From Mobula hypostoma (lineage: Eukaryota): a DNA stretch of 64,000 bases. Within the stretch, counting starts at the first letter, position 1. Each line of letters starts with the position of its first letter. Under the pieces are notes generated by a model, which worked only from the letters and a program-made list of their open reading frames with translations, searched no databases and was not told where the DNA came from. The stretch is from contig NC_086114.1 of the NCBI RefSeq assembly GCF_963921235.1, forward strand, positions 62,496,001-62,560,000. Reading direction: 5' to 3'. Positions 52,649 through 64,000 of the stretch are shown here, one piece after another. A program made the position numbers and the translations under genes.

Positions 52649-52774
52649 TTTGAGGAGGAATCCATCCAACTCGAGAAGCAATTGCGAACGGTGGAGGACG
52701 AGCGAGATAAGTTTTTGGAGGATTTCAACAAGGCGGAGGAGCGGCAGCTGGCGGCGGAGGAGAACGCCGCGAAG
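52649..52774 (+). CDS. TPM1: Alpha-tropomyosin exon 2a (smooth-muscle-type, 42 aa)
   Basis: tag|FEEESIQLEKQLRTVEDERDKFLEDFNKAEERQLAAEENAAK|gtattt; 126 nt; similar to mammalian 2a (EDERD...KAE..LAAEE.AAK); missed by the ORF track. Confidence 0.92.
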
Positions 52775-52932
52775 GTATTTGAGCGGACGGACGCTTCCTA
52801 ACGTGTCTGCTTCTCTCTCCTCTCTCCTTCTCTCTCTCTCTATGTATCTCACTGCCTGTCGTGCACACGGCTGGCCACACTGCCTGCTCTGTCTCTCTGC
52901 ACAACTCTCTGCCCGCGTAACGCGCTCTGAAG

Positions 52933-53058
52933 CTGGAGGATGAACTGGTGTTACTGCAGAAGAAGCTGAAGCAGACTGAGGATGAGCTCGACAAATACTC
53001 GGAAGCTCTGAAAGATGCTCAGGAGAAACTGGAGCTGGCTGAGAAGAAAGCTACCGAT
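52933..53058 (+). CDS. TPM1: Alpha-tropomyosin exon 2b (42 aa)
   Basis: aag|[42 protein letters not shown]|gtgagt; 126 nt. Confidence 0.96.
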
Positions 53059-53139
53059 GTGAGTACGCAGAGCGCACGGTCACCCTCTCTCATCGCAAAT
53101 CCGCTCACCGTTCTGTGCATGAACAGCCTCTAAAATCAC

Positions 53140-53310
53140 AGCAGGTGCTAGTGCGCCTTGTGTCATTCCATTTGCCTCTTACCATGCAGCCATCCTAAAA
53201 CAGAGCCTAAAAATAATCCCCCAAGGGTTCGAACAGAATGAGTAAACACGGAGCGGGCAGGGGTGTAAATATAGCGCAGCGCTTTATATGGCGTTGAGCT
53301 ATTTGTGTCA
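53140..53310. promoter_or_regulatory. Candidate intronic muscle enhancer
   Basis: E-box CAGGTG, MCAT CATTCC 53164-53169, MEF2 CTAAAAATAA 53207-53216, MEF2-like GTAAATATAG 53265-53274, CArG-like CTTTATATGG 53282-53291. Confidence 0.55.
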
Positions 53311-56300
53311 TCCGGGTTTGGGCCAGCCAAGGTGAGAACCTCTCCCGTTGTCATGTCGAGTTGATTGACGTGTTTGTTTGAGGCCCCCCCCCCCCCGTCA
53401 CTCAGTGTCAGGCCACAGGTATGGAAATAGGAGGGGAGGGGTTTGCCTGGTGGAGGTCAACGACCCGTTCTCCCGCCCAGCACGGACACCGGCCTGTAAC
53501 ATGAGTACAGATCACGTTGGCGCAGTGCACTCCTTAAAAGGAAAAGTATGCGGACTATTCCGAATACCACTTGTATCCGTGGCATTCGGGAGCGTGTGAA
53601 GGAGTAGAGAGGCGGACAGGACGCAGTGATCAGGGAGCTAATGGGGACCACAGAGAGCAGCCCAGGCTTCAGCAAGTGTAAATCCCCCTCTCATTTTGAA
53701 CGTATTTACACCACGCTAAACACCTCTGGGCTCTGTAGAAAGTCCAATCCAAGCTGAGAGGGAATTCTGCACATCCCGAGCTGGTAATTCCTCAGACGCA
53801 GAGTCCCCTGAGCAACGTTTAGGTTCGAATATTTTCAAAGAAAATTCCTAACTAGTTCAGGGACTCTCTCAGACGCGATCGCAGCCCGAGGAGATACCAC
53901 GGGAAAACGGCAACAGATGACAGTCGCACGGTTTCTGCACCGGGACTGTTTATATTTCGGCGAACTCCCATTCCTCTCTCTGGCCAACAGTCTTGTGTGT
54001 CGGGGGGGGGGCAGAGTCACACTCTCACTTCGTTCACCATTACCGAGATTGCTCCCCCCGCACGGCCGGTATTAGACGCTGTGTCAGAACCACGTTGGAA
54101 ATCAGTCAGCCATGAAAATAAAGACTGATCCTTCTAATCCCAGGCAGGCTGCGGCCAAATCCCCCTAACCCCTTCTTGACTTGGGACAGGCAACTTAGCA
54201 TTGGCGGCAGTCCAGTCCTGGGTGTACTCTCCACAATGCTTAGTGGTGGCTTGACAGCATGGAGATGGGGCGGAGACGGGCTCAGAATAGTTCAAAATCC
54301 GTTTTTAGTAGTTGAATCCTCACTCCTTGCAGAGAGGTCACCGTCTGACCCCTGGGCACCTGGACAGAGGTCACAGTCCGACCCCTACAGTTATACCGAC
54401 ACTCAGAGCTCTGGCACAGAGAGTTCAGTATGACCCCTGAGAAATAGCAGAAATCAAAATTTAACCACTGAGGATCTGGACATAAATCATAACCTGTTTC
54501 CTGGACCAGAGAGATAGCAGTTAACTTCCTGAATCTCTTTTCAGAAAGATTTGACACCTTTTTTTATCCTCTCCCTTAAAAATTACGATCAGATATCCAT
54601 TCACATGTTGATAAATTCCTTAAGAAGTACGTAGATTTTTTTCATTGGCTAAGGCATAAGAACAGCATGGTCAAACTACAAAACCAAAAACATGTTAATA
54701 CTTTGCACAATTGTAGTTACTGTGCAGCAGATTAGCACTCGGGGAAAGATCTGGTTGTGAAGGTTAGAGTTTAACAGTTATAAAGTAAACCTTACTCCGG
54801 CTGGGTGGTCGTCTTCAGGACAAAGGAGGCTGAAGGGTTAGAAAATTCTGGAAGACCCATAGAGCATGAAGCGCACCTTTAGTGTGCCCTTAGTAAAATG
54901 GTCGGTATCAGAGAGTGCAGGATCATGGCCGTTGCCTAACTGGTGGATTAGAGAGATGGGAAAGCGTTTCCTTCAGCCAAAGTGTGTAGCTATCTGGAAC
55001 TCACTGCTTGATAGGACTATGGAAGCACAACGTCCCAGCACCTAGATCTGCCCTTTCCTTCAGACCTATAAACCAAGATCTGGGAAGTGGGGTTCCGATG
55101 TACCCATAAGTCCATGAGACAGAGAACAGGATGGTTTCTGCACAGAATGAGGCCATTTGGTTCATCAACTTTATTTTTGTTCTACTTAAGAGCAACCCAG
55201 CTTGTCCTTCTGTTCACCCTCTCCACAAAACTCTGCAACTTCTTTCCAGCTTTATTTTGAACTCAGTGATTTAACCTGGTTCCATTACTGACCATACATG
55301 TACATTCCAGACTCTAATCATTTGCTTTGTCAAAAAAAGAGTTTCTTTAACATGGAGTATTGTATGTAGTTCCGGTTGCCCATCACAGGTAGGATGCAGA
55401 GAGGGTGCAAAAGAGAGTCTGAAGGGGTAGTTTACCAAGATGTTGTCTGCATTACAGGGTGTGTACTCTAAGAATGGGTGGAAAAACTTGGGTTATTTTG
55501 TCTGGAGCAGAGGAGGCTAAAGGAGACCTCATAAGCATATGAGAGGCATGGATGGACTGGACATCTGTTATGTTTTTGTCAAAAATGAAATGTGTAATCC
55601 TTTCAAGCCATGAGGCCATGCATTTAAGGTGGGGGGGGGGAGTTCTATGCAAGTTTCTGCACAGAGCAGTGGGTGCCTGGAACGCCCGGGATGACAGTGG
55701 AGGCAACTATGTTAAAGGCATTTTAAGGGCTCTTAAGATAGGCAGATGGATTTACAGAGAAAGGAAAGCTATGCACATTATGTATGGAGAAGAGATTAGT
55801 CAGGTGTTTAATTACTAGGTTAATAAGTTCTTCACAATATACTAAAGGGCCTGTTCCTGTACTGTTTTGTTCTTTGTTCACAATCAACTTCATTCTACAT
55901 CCCCTGTTTCTTCTCCCTGCTGCCTTTGTAACCTGCTTCTCACAATCTATTCTGTTCCTACCCTTCAATGATACCATCACAACTTGATCTTTTCCAAGTA
56001 ATACAACCTCAATTTCACCAGTCTACCCATATACTGAGGCACTGGAGACAGCAGATGCTGGAATCTGGAGATTCCCTCCTCCCCCCATCCTCACAGATGC
56101 CGGAGAAACTCAACAAGTCAATCAGCATCTGTGGTATGGGTGTTGGTGGGAGAGCTCATTGTTAGCATCTCCACCCAAAATGTCAACAATTCCTTTCCCA
56201 CCATAGATGCCGGTTAACCCACTGTGTTCCTCCAGCAGATTGTTTTGTATCAGGTCACACACAGCCTGCTGAGTTACATGTTGGACGCTTCATGTCCAGG

Positions 56301-57769
56301 ATTCTTTGTAGAGAAGGATCGAAGAATAGTGCAGGCTCTTAAAGTTCACATTCCACAGATACTCTCTGAACCACTCAATATTTCCAATACTCCTGTTTAT
56401 ATTTCAGATGTTTAGCACCAGCATCTCTCTTTTTAAAAGTTTTATTGTTTACATAACTGGATACACTTCTTTCTCATGTGGTGCAGCTAACAGAGCTGCA
56501 GATTCACAGCTTCAGTGAGCCAGATGCGTTCCAGACCTGTGGGAGGTTTGTGAATTTTCCCTGTGACACACCTGGGTGAAATGGTTTCCTCTCCCCTCTC
56601 AAAGATCTGCAGTTTTGTGGGTTAACTGGCTGAGTGGTAGAATCTGGGGGGGGGGGTGAATAAAGTAGCATGCGCATAGATTAGGGCCAAAAGGCCTGCT
56701 TTCTGCTATATGAATTTCTTTATGAATTCATTCTACAACATTCGTACCTTTTCTAAAGTATGGCACCCACAACTAGATACAACTCCTTAGCTGCTGCTAA
56801 GCCAGTATTTTATAAAAGTTCACCGTGACTTTCTCACAGTGATTCTTGCTGTCTGTGTACTGCAAATGCCCTGCAACCTCTATTTAGTGTAACTGCTCTC
56901 TTAACCAGGCATTTCAATGAATTGTGCAAATGTCCTTGTACCCATTTTAAATTATGCCCTCTTCTCCATATGACTGCTTCTCATTCTTCCTACCAAAATG
57001 TAATACTTTAACTGAAACTAACTCTGTAATCCAGTATTTTGTTTATAATTTTCCAGCCAGAAAATTTTCAGAAAGGGTACTTTCTGAAAAGGGGTAACTT
57101 GGGACTTGAATCGATTTCAGCACGCCAGCCTCTCGTTTTCATTAGTTTGGGAATACCAAGCCAAATGCGCAATGGGTTCAATGTAAAATTCTCACAACCT
57201 CTCTAAAACAGTGCAGAGTCCTGTCCAGTACTGAATTAATTTAACTTTTTATATATAGGAACTTGGTGCTTGGGTTTCCTTCCATGTCACAGGGATTGGC
57301 AGAGTTTTAGGTTGCTTATCATCTGCAAGTTGCACCTCATGTGTGGGTCAGAGGGGGCTTGGGAGAGTTAATTAAAGTGTGAGAAAAAATGGGTTAGCGT
57401 GCTTGAAGGTTAGTGCAGGATTGGTGGATTGGAGGGCCTATTCCTGTTTCTCGATCTCTTTCTTTTTCTCTCCCTCTCTCCCTTCCGCTTGTCTTCACTG
57501 TCAAAATGCAAATTGTGAAGAAACATTATTCCCTACTGTAGGTTTTCAGTAGCCAGTTTCCTAAACTGTGGGCTGAACTTGTGCTGTGAACTTTTTCTTT
57601 ATAACTTCTAACCAACTCAAAGCCAACTGAATTGTACTAACTATTGTAGGAAATGTGGGTGTTAATTACTGGGTGGCAAGCTGCACAATCATGTGATGAT
57701 AATATTGTCATCATGTATTCTATTTTTGTGAATAGTTATAACTCCACACATTTTTATTCACAGAGTCAT

Positions 57770-59050
57770 AAACCTATAGAGCACAAAATCAGACCCTTCT
57801 GCCCAGTTTGTCCCTGATGACCAAGATGCCTATTTAGGCTAATCCAATTTGGTTGCACTTGGCCCATAACTTTCTATCTGTGTGCCTATCCATGTTTCTT
57901 AAAGACCGTAATTGTACCCACTTCTATGACTTCCTCTGGCAGCTCATTCCAAATACCCTCCATTGTCTGTGTGAAAAATATACCCTTAGGTACCCATATG
58001 GCCAAAAGACATAGGAGCAGAATTAGGCAATTCAGCCCATCAAGTCTTTCCCACCACTCTATTATTCCTCTCAAACCCGTTCTCCTGCCTTTCCCCCGTA
58101 ACCTTGACACTTTGACTAATGAAGGACCTATCAACCTCCGCTTTAAATATATTCAATGACTTGGCCTCCACAGTTGTCTTTGGCAATGAATTCCAGACTG
58201 CTCCCAATACTCCAGGTGTGGCTGACAAATGCCCTATAAAACTTCAGCATTACGTCTTCGATCTTATATCCCAGTCCTCTCAAAATGAACGCTAACATTC
58301 ATTTGTCTTCCTCACCACGCACTCAACCTGCAAATGAACCTTTAGGGAATCCTGCACAAGGGCTCCCAAGTCCCTGTACACCTTTGATGTATGAAATTTA
58401 TCCTCATTTTAAAAAGTAGTCTATGCCTTTATTCCTTCTACCAAGTGTATGACCATACACTTCCCTGAACTATATTTGCCCATTCTCCCAAATTGTCTAA
58501 GTCCTTCTGCAAACTCCCTGCTTCCTCAACAGTACCTGCCCTTCCGCTTGTCTTCATATCGTCGGCAAACTTGACCACAGAGCCATCAATTTCAGCATTC
58601 AAATCACTGACATATAAGATGAAAAGAATCAGTCCCAACACAGACCCTTGTGGAGCATCACTAGTCACCGGCAGCCAACCAAAACAGGCAGCCTTTATTC
58701 CCACTCTTTGCCTCCTGCCAATCAGCCAATCTTCTATCCATGTCTTGTAATAACATGGGCTTATGACCTCTAACTCTTTCCCCACTATTCTTCAATCAGT
58801 GCCCTCTAGTTTTAGACTCCTCTACTTTGAGAAATATCCTGATTTTGTACTCCATCTACACCTCTTATAGTTTTACAAAACCTCTATAATGTTGTCCCTC
58901 TAAGGAAGACAGTCCCAGCCTATCCGGCCTGTTCCTTATAACTCAACCCATCCAGTCTCAGCATTATTTCTATACATTTTTCCAGCTAATGCACATCCTT
59001 CCAATAGTGTAGTGACCAGAACTGTGCAGAATATGCTGAGCAATGATAAC
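57770..59050 (-). mobile_element. Nested CR1 fragments in the TPM1 intron
   Basis: ORF 58438-58785 PQGSVLGL...VKFADD; CR1 3' tails. Confidence 0.8.
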
Positions 59051-59899
59051 ATGAGCACCCAACTCCTACATGACCAGTAGCTGAGTTACAGCCATTTGTG
59101 GAACTGAATGAAATTTGCTGTCTTAAAATTAATGTGCAAAAAAGTTTTTTTTCATGTGTGTAATGGAAGCTGGAGCTGTGATCGGAGCCTCTGGTTTGAC
59201 CACCCTACACTTTTATTGGCTAACGAAGACAAATGTCCCTGATTCTGATTAGCTACCAGAATCAGGTTTATTGTCACTGATATATGACAGCAAGTTTGTT
59301 GTCTTCCAGCAGCGGTTCAGACACAACATAAACTTTGCTGTAAGTTGCAAAGATAGACAGTGCAAAAGAAGGATGAGTTCATTTTTGTGGGTTTGTGGGC
59401 TGTTCAGAAATCTGATGGTGGGTGGAAAGCTGATTGTGGGTCTTCAGGCTCCTGTACCTCCTCCCATATCCACCTGAACTCACACTTTGAAGGAATCCTA
59501 GGACTTGTACACCAGATCCCTCTACTCCTGTCATTCATTGCGTATGTTCTGCCAAAGTGCATTAACTCACACCCCACCTGTCATTCCACCAGCCAATCTT
59601 GCCAGCTGATCATGTGGTCTGAGACTATCTTCACAATCAACCACTCACCCATTTGAAGCCTAATAATCCGGTGTCTTGCATATTGGTTTGAAGCTGCATT
59701 TATCAAAACTGTGAATTTATGGAGTTATTTACAGGGAAATAGGGCCAAACTCACTAGAAATCAGATTTTTTTCCTGGTGATTTTTGTACCACTTCGTTGT
59801 TTCTCTGAGTTTGTTTAGAGCGCTGTATTTCCTACGCTATAGCTTTGCAAAAGCAAAACACAGGAAACCTCTGATAATCCGCTACAGCCCCCCCCCCCC

Positions 59900-60575
59900 C
59901 AATCTGATGGTTCGGCACCGGGCAGTGTAATGCCTTGTGTTTAAAACTCCAAGGCTCCTCACCCAGTCACCTGGGCCACCTGTAGGTTTATTATCAAAGT
60001 GTATCACTTTTCCTTTGCAAGTGTAACATCCGACGGTATCTCCCTTGGCTCGGTGCCGGGGTGATATCGCCAATCTATTCACACCGCAGTGCACAACGCG
60101 GCTTCCGCGGTCAGGGCTGGATTGTAGAAATCCGGCAGGCTGAAAGCCTGAGCCTGCTGGAAAACACTCGGCCAGTGGGAAAAGAGAACAAAGGTGTCGG
60201 GGGCTCCCTCAGATTTCCCCCGGAACTTGAACAATAGGGGAGCGAACCGGTGGGGAGGGTGCTGCAGAATGCAAACCCAGATTTTTAATTTCAAAGCGCG
60301 ACGGCTGAAAGCAACGGGCGGAGTGCCGGAGGGCTGTACCTGGAATCGTTGCCTTTCGCAAGGCAGACCCCCCCGCTTATTTTAGATTCTCTTGTCTGTT
60401 TCCCCTTCTCCGCCCAGATCCATTGCCTCCGCGGGCGGGAGTGGGTTAAACGCTGGCTTACTTCCGGTACTAAGTACGTTTGAATCAGGGAGTGGAGAGG
60501 CCGGTCTGTGAACCTGTTGGAGGCTGCGGCTAGCGGCTGGGGTTGGGCATGGTGTAAGGTGCGGGGGGCGAGACG
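59900..60575 (+). promoter_or_regulatory. TPM1: TPM1 internal (exon 1b) CpG-island promoter and 5' UTR
   Basis: CpG-rich; GC boxes GGGCGG (~60316, ~60433); ETS-like ACTTCCGGT 60460-60468; no TEs. Confidence 0.65.
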
Positions 60576-60707
60576 ATGGCCAGCGCGATGTCGGTGGATG
60601 CTGTCAGGAGGAAGATCAGGAGCCTGCAAGACCAGGCAGATGTGGCGGAGGAGAAAGCAGCGAGGCTGGAGAGGGAGGTGCAGATGGAACGGCAGTGCCG
60701 AGAGCAA
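60576..60707 (+). CDS. TPM1: Alpha-tropomyosin exon 1b (short cytoskeletal isoforms, 44 aa)
   Basis: MASAMSVDAVRRKIRSLQDQADVAEEKAARLEREVQMERQCREQ|gtgagg; AVRRKIRSLQ is the TPM1-type 1b signature; 132 nt. Confidence 0.93.
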
Positions 60708-62384
60708 GTGAGGGCCGGTCACCCTGTGTAGGGAAGGGGTGGGTGCAGGGAGGGAGAGGAGGAAGACGGAGGGGGTGGGGAGAAAAGACTTGGGAGGTGG
60801 GCCGAGCCGGGTGTCCTGATTCACCTGGTCTCATTGCCTGAGGAGGTGAAACCATTGAAGGTTGGATCGGGGTCCTTGCGGTTCTTCTGGTCTGTAAATG
60901 GAAGCTGGCGACACAGCCTTTCCACCCATTTTAAACTGAGTCCCACTTCTGGGTTGACATTTGTCTCTCTTAACTGCACGTTTACCTTTGCCGTGTTCTC
61001 TAATTTTTGTAAGCCGGCCTTTCCCCCCTGTGTTTGAGTCCGGAAGCTCCGTTTAATTTGATCATGGTGGTGTGCAGTTTAATTACTGCATTGGGTTCAT
61101 TCACAGGTTAAACCCCTATTTTGTGTATTTTAGCGCATTCATTTATGCTTCTAATCTGGAGCCTGGCCCGGGAATTATTTTGGAGATTAAACTGTAGTTC
61201 ACTTCTGACGAATGGGCCCCGAGACATCTTTGATGTGTGGTGCGGTGCGGCGTTCAGAGATGACCGGTTTGATTTAATTTGCTCTCCTTACTCGAAACAA
61301 GTCTGAGGGGGCGGTACAAAGAAGAATCTTTTAAATAAATTCGCTCCTGCACTGTTTTGCTTAAGGATTGCTAATCAACCCAACAAGAGCTTATCTTGAC
61401 ATCACATGTGAGTGGAATGCCCTTCTTTGGAAAATCAGACGAATTTTACTGCTGAGAGTGGAATATAAACAAGTGGGAGCCGGGCCCGTGCTTAATGCAG
61501 ACTGTCTGCCAAGATACTTGACAATCTGTGTTAGTCTTCTCCTCCCTGCTGATAGGTGAGGAGTTTTTGTTTTATGTAGGGAAACACTTGACTCCGTTGA
61601 AAACACGAGGAAGAGGCGCAAAGATTGCACTGATTCCTTATAGGGAGAACTGTGTCCATCTTCGGTTTGTGCCCAGGGATGGGTTTCTGAGATAAGGAAG
61701 TTGTTCTTTGAGAAGTGCTGAAGCAGGATTGGTTATTATTGGAGATGAGATGATCTCACTGAGACCAAGGAATTGAGGTTTGTGGGAACTGCCACAAAGG
61801 AAAGAGAGGTCAGTATAAATTATTCATGATCGCATTGGCGGGGCAGACTTGGCGGCGGGCTCCTCCTCCTCCTCCTCCTGTTTCCTTGCTTTTGTGACAT
61901 GTCCAACATTTATCAAGGGGGATTATCGTATGAACGCTGAAGCCGTTTCTTTAGCTGCAGAGTATAAAGCTAGGTGTATGTACTGTATGAGCCTGTCAGT
62001 GTTCAGTGGCGTGAACGTTCCAAGCTGAAGGAGGTTTCGCACACTCTCGGGATCAGGTTGACAGGCAGACCCGAGGCACGGGATTTGTGACTGTCCTGTT
62101 GAAGGGCCACGGGGCCTACACTGGCTAGGTTTAATCATTCCTGAACCTTGTACATTTTTTTTCAAAGAGAATCAAAAGGCGAAGTTTTTTTTCTTACCGC
62201 TGTATGTTTGCACGATAACTACATTGTGCGATCATGTAGAGTAGCAATTTTTTTTTTGCCAGGTGGATATTAAGGCCGGTGTTTGGTTCATTCATATCTT
62301 GTAATCTCACTTGAGAAGATCACTCGGTGTTCCTGACACCCCGTCAATCCCATTTTCCCTACTGATTTCCTTGTAAACTATTCA

Positions 62385-63810
62385 AAACTGAATTATATTT
62401 ATTATTAAAGAACATGTATGTTACCATATACCATGGATTCTGGTTAACTGGGACACTTCAGCACCTGTACATTTTGGCACAAGTAAGCCAAAATTAGCTG
62501 AAATAGTTAAAAAGGTACAAAAAAAAGACAAACTACTGTTCAACTGGGTAACAAAATTATGTATTTAAATGAAATACAGAACAAATTAGAACAGAGCCAA
62601 TACTACTACTGTACTATAAAACTGTGTATTAGGTTTCTTATATTTATCAGCAAAGGAATTCATCCATTATACTCTGCTGTGTTCTTTTGACTGACTAAAT
62701 GAACAAAATCAGCGCAGACACCTAGTGCAGATACAGGATTGCCTTCATTCAATGCTTTCAACAATTGCATCCTCCACATCTTCATTTTCATTGTAACATT
62801 CAAGATGATTGCCAGTATCTTCAAATTCTTCATAGTTCCTAACTTGCTAAAGTACTGAAATAGTTTCATTTTCAATCCCAACTGTTTCTGGCATCTTCAA
62901 GCCTGAATGCTTGAAACCACAATGAGCAAAACAGTTCTCAATTGTTTCAATGGTTATTTCTCGCCAACTATCAATGACAAAAATCACTGCTTTTCAAACA
63001 CAAGCACATACAACTGATGCTATTTAAAAACTGTTTGCTAAAGCACGCTGTAGTGTCTAACGACCACACAAGTGTATGTGACTGATGCTAGTTAGAAACT
63101 GTTCGGCAGCAGTCTTCTGTCCCAATTAAGCAGCATGGTGTCCCAAATAAACACAGGGAATTTTCTCGATTAGTTTCTGTTCATTAAGAGTTGTCCCAAA
63201 TAAGTGGCTGTCCCAATTAACCAATAGCCCAATTAACCGGAATCCACTGTATTAACTGGAGATACATTTTCTTGTGGACATTTACAGGGAAATAAAGAAG
63301 TACAATAGAATTTATGAAAAACTATACATAAAGAATGATAAACAACCAGCAGAAGACAAACTGTGGAAATAAATACATATACTGAGAACATGAGTTGTAG
63401 AGTCTTTGAAAGCGAGTCTGTTGGTTGTGGAATCAGTTCAGACCTGAGATCAGTGAAGTTATCCACGGCTGGTTGAAGCGTAGTAACTGTTCCTGAACCT
63501 GGTTGAGTGGGACCGAAGGCTCCAGTGCTTCCTATGCAATGGGAGTAGCAAGAAGAGAGCATGGCTAGATGGTGTGCATCCTTGATGATGGATGCAGCTT
63601 TCCTGTGACAGTGCTCTTTGTAAACATGCTGAATGGTGGGGATGGACTTGTGCCTCATGTCCTCCTTGCAGCCAAACCAAAAAAGTAACGTTGAACCATG
63701 ATGTCCATGCTCTTGTATCTTATGGCCCAGCTGATGAAGGCAAGTCCCCATATGCTGCCTCCTTCAGCCGTGTCTACTTGCTGTTGTGAAATGCCTTCTT
63801 GATGTGCTGA
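62385..63810 (-). mobile_element. Rex1/Babar LINE 3' fragment split by a Tigger element
   Basis: ORF 63233-63751 KAASIIKDAHH; its 3' UTR continues on both sides of the DNA transposon. Confidence 0.75.
62431..63249 (-). mobile_element. TcMar-Tigger/pogo non-autonomous DNA transposon
   Basis: TA TSD (62429-62430, 63250-63251); terminal inverted repeats ccatggattctggttaactggg and cccaattaaccggaatccactg; remnant of transposase C-terminus (NCFKHSG...acidic tail). Confidence 0.85.
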
Positions 63811-64000
63811 GGATGATGGTCTTTTGATCTTGGTGCACTTGATCTGTATCGTGTAATTATTAATCTTTATAGCTCCTTTTCTAAATAGAGGCCTATAGCT
63901 TGCCAATTTAAAATGATTTTATCGGTTGTATTGAAGGAAGGCTTCCTGCCAGTCCTCCTTTATCATGTGGCAATGTCAGGGGAAAGGGCATACAATTCAT

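Noticed and set aside
52221-60707. Assignment to TPM3 or TPM4 because the protein starts MEAIKK
   Set aside because: Presence of exon 2a, the [12 protein letters not shown] and EKKATD ends and the 1b AVRRKIRSLQ motif all fit TPM1 better; a phylogeny would settle it
60708-64000. TPM1 exon 3
   Set aside because: No AEADVASLNRRIQ-like sequence found; it must lie beyond the window

Overview
Vertebrate genomic DNA; the repeat families (CR1, Rex1/Babar, Penelope, V-SINE-like) suggest a cartilaginous fish such as a ray or shark (inference). Bases 1-50.6k are almost entirely nested, decayed transposable elements: a sushi/chromovirus-type Ty3/gypsy LTR element (1938-10517, minus strand) with three nested insertions, two solo LTRs, many CR1, Rex1/Babar and Penelope fragments, SINEs and a 25-bp minisatellite born inside a LINE. 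From about 51.8k the window holds the 5' end of an alpha-tropomyosin gene (TPM1, + strand): promoter and exon 1a, mutually exclusive exons 2a/2b, and the internal promoter with exon 1b. Best leads: (i) the exon 2a/2b intron places a branch point only about 27 nt from the 2a donor and uses an AAG acceptor; (ii) several minus-strand exon-like segments in TE-free islands (signal peptide, Ig-like, TM-like, cytoplasmic) may be an unannotated or decayed receptor gene upstream of and divergent from TPM1; (iii) minimal hammerhead ribozyme motifs at Penelope termini; (iv) a MEF2/MCAT/CArG cluster just downstream of exon 2b. I found no clearly intact novel multi-gene system. TE boundaries without a stated target-site duplication (TSD) are approximate.
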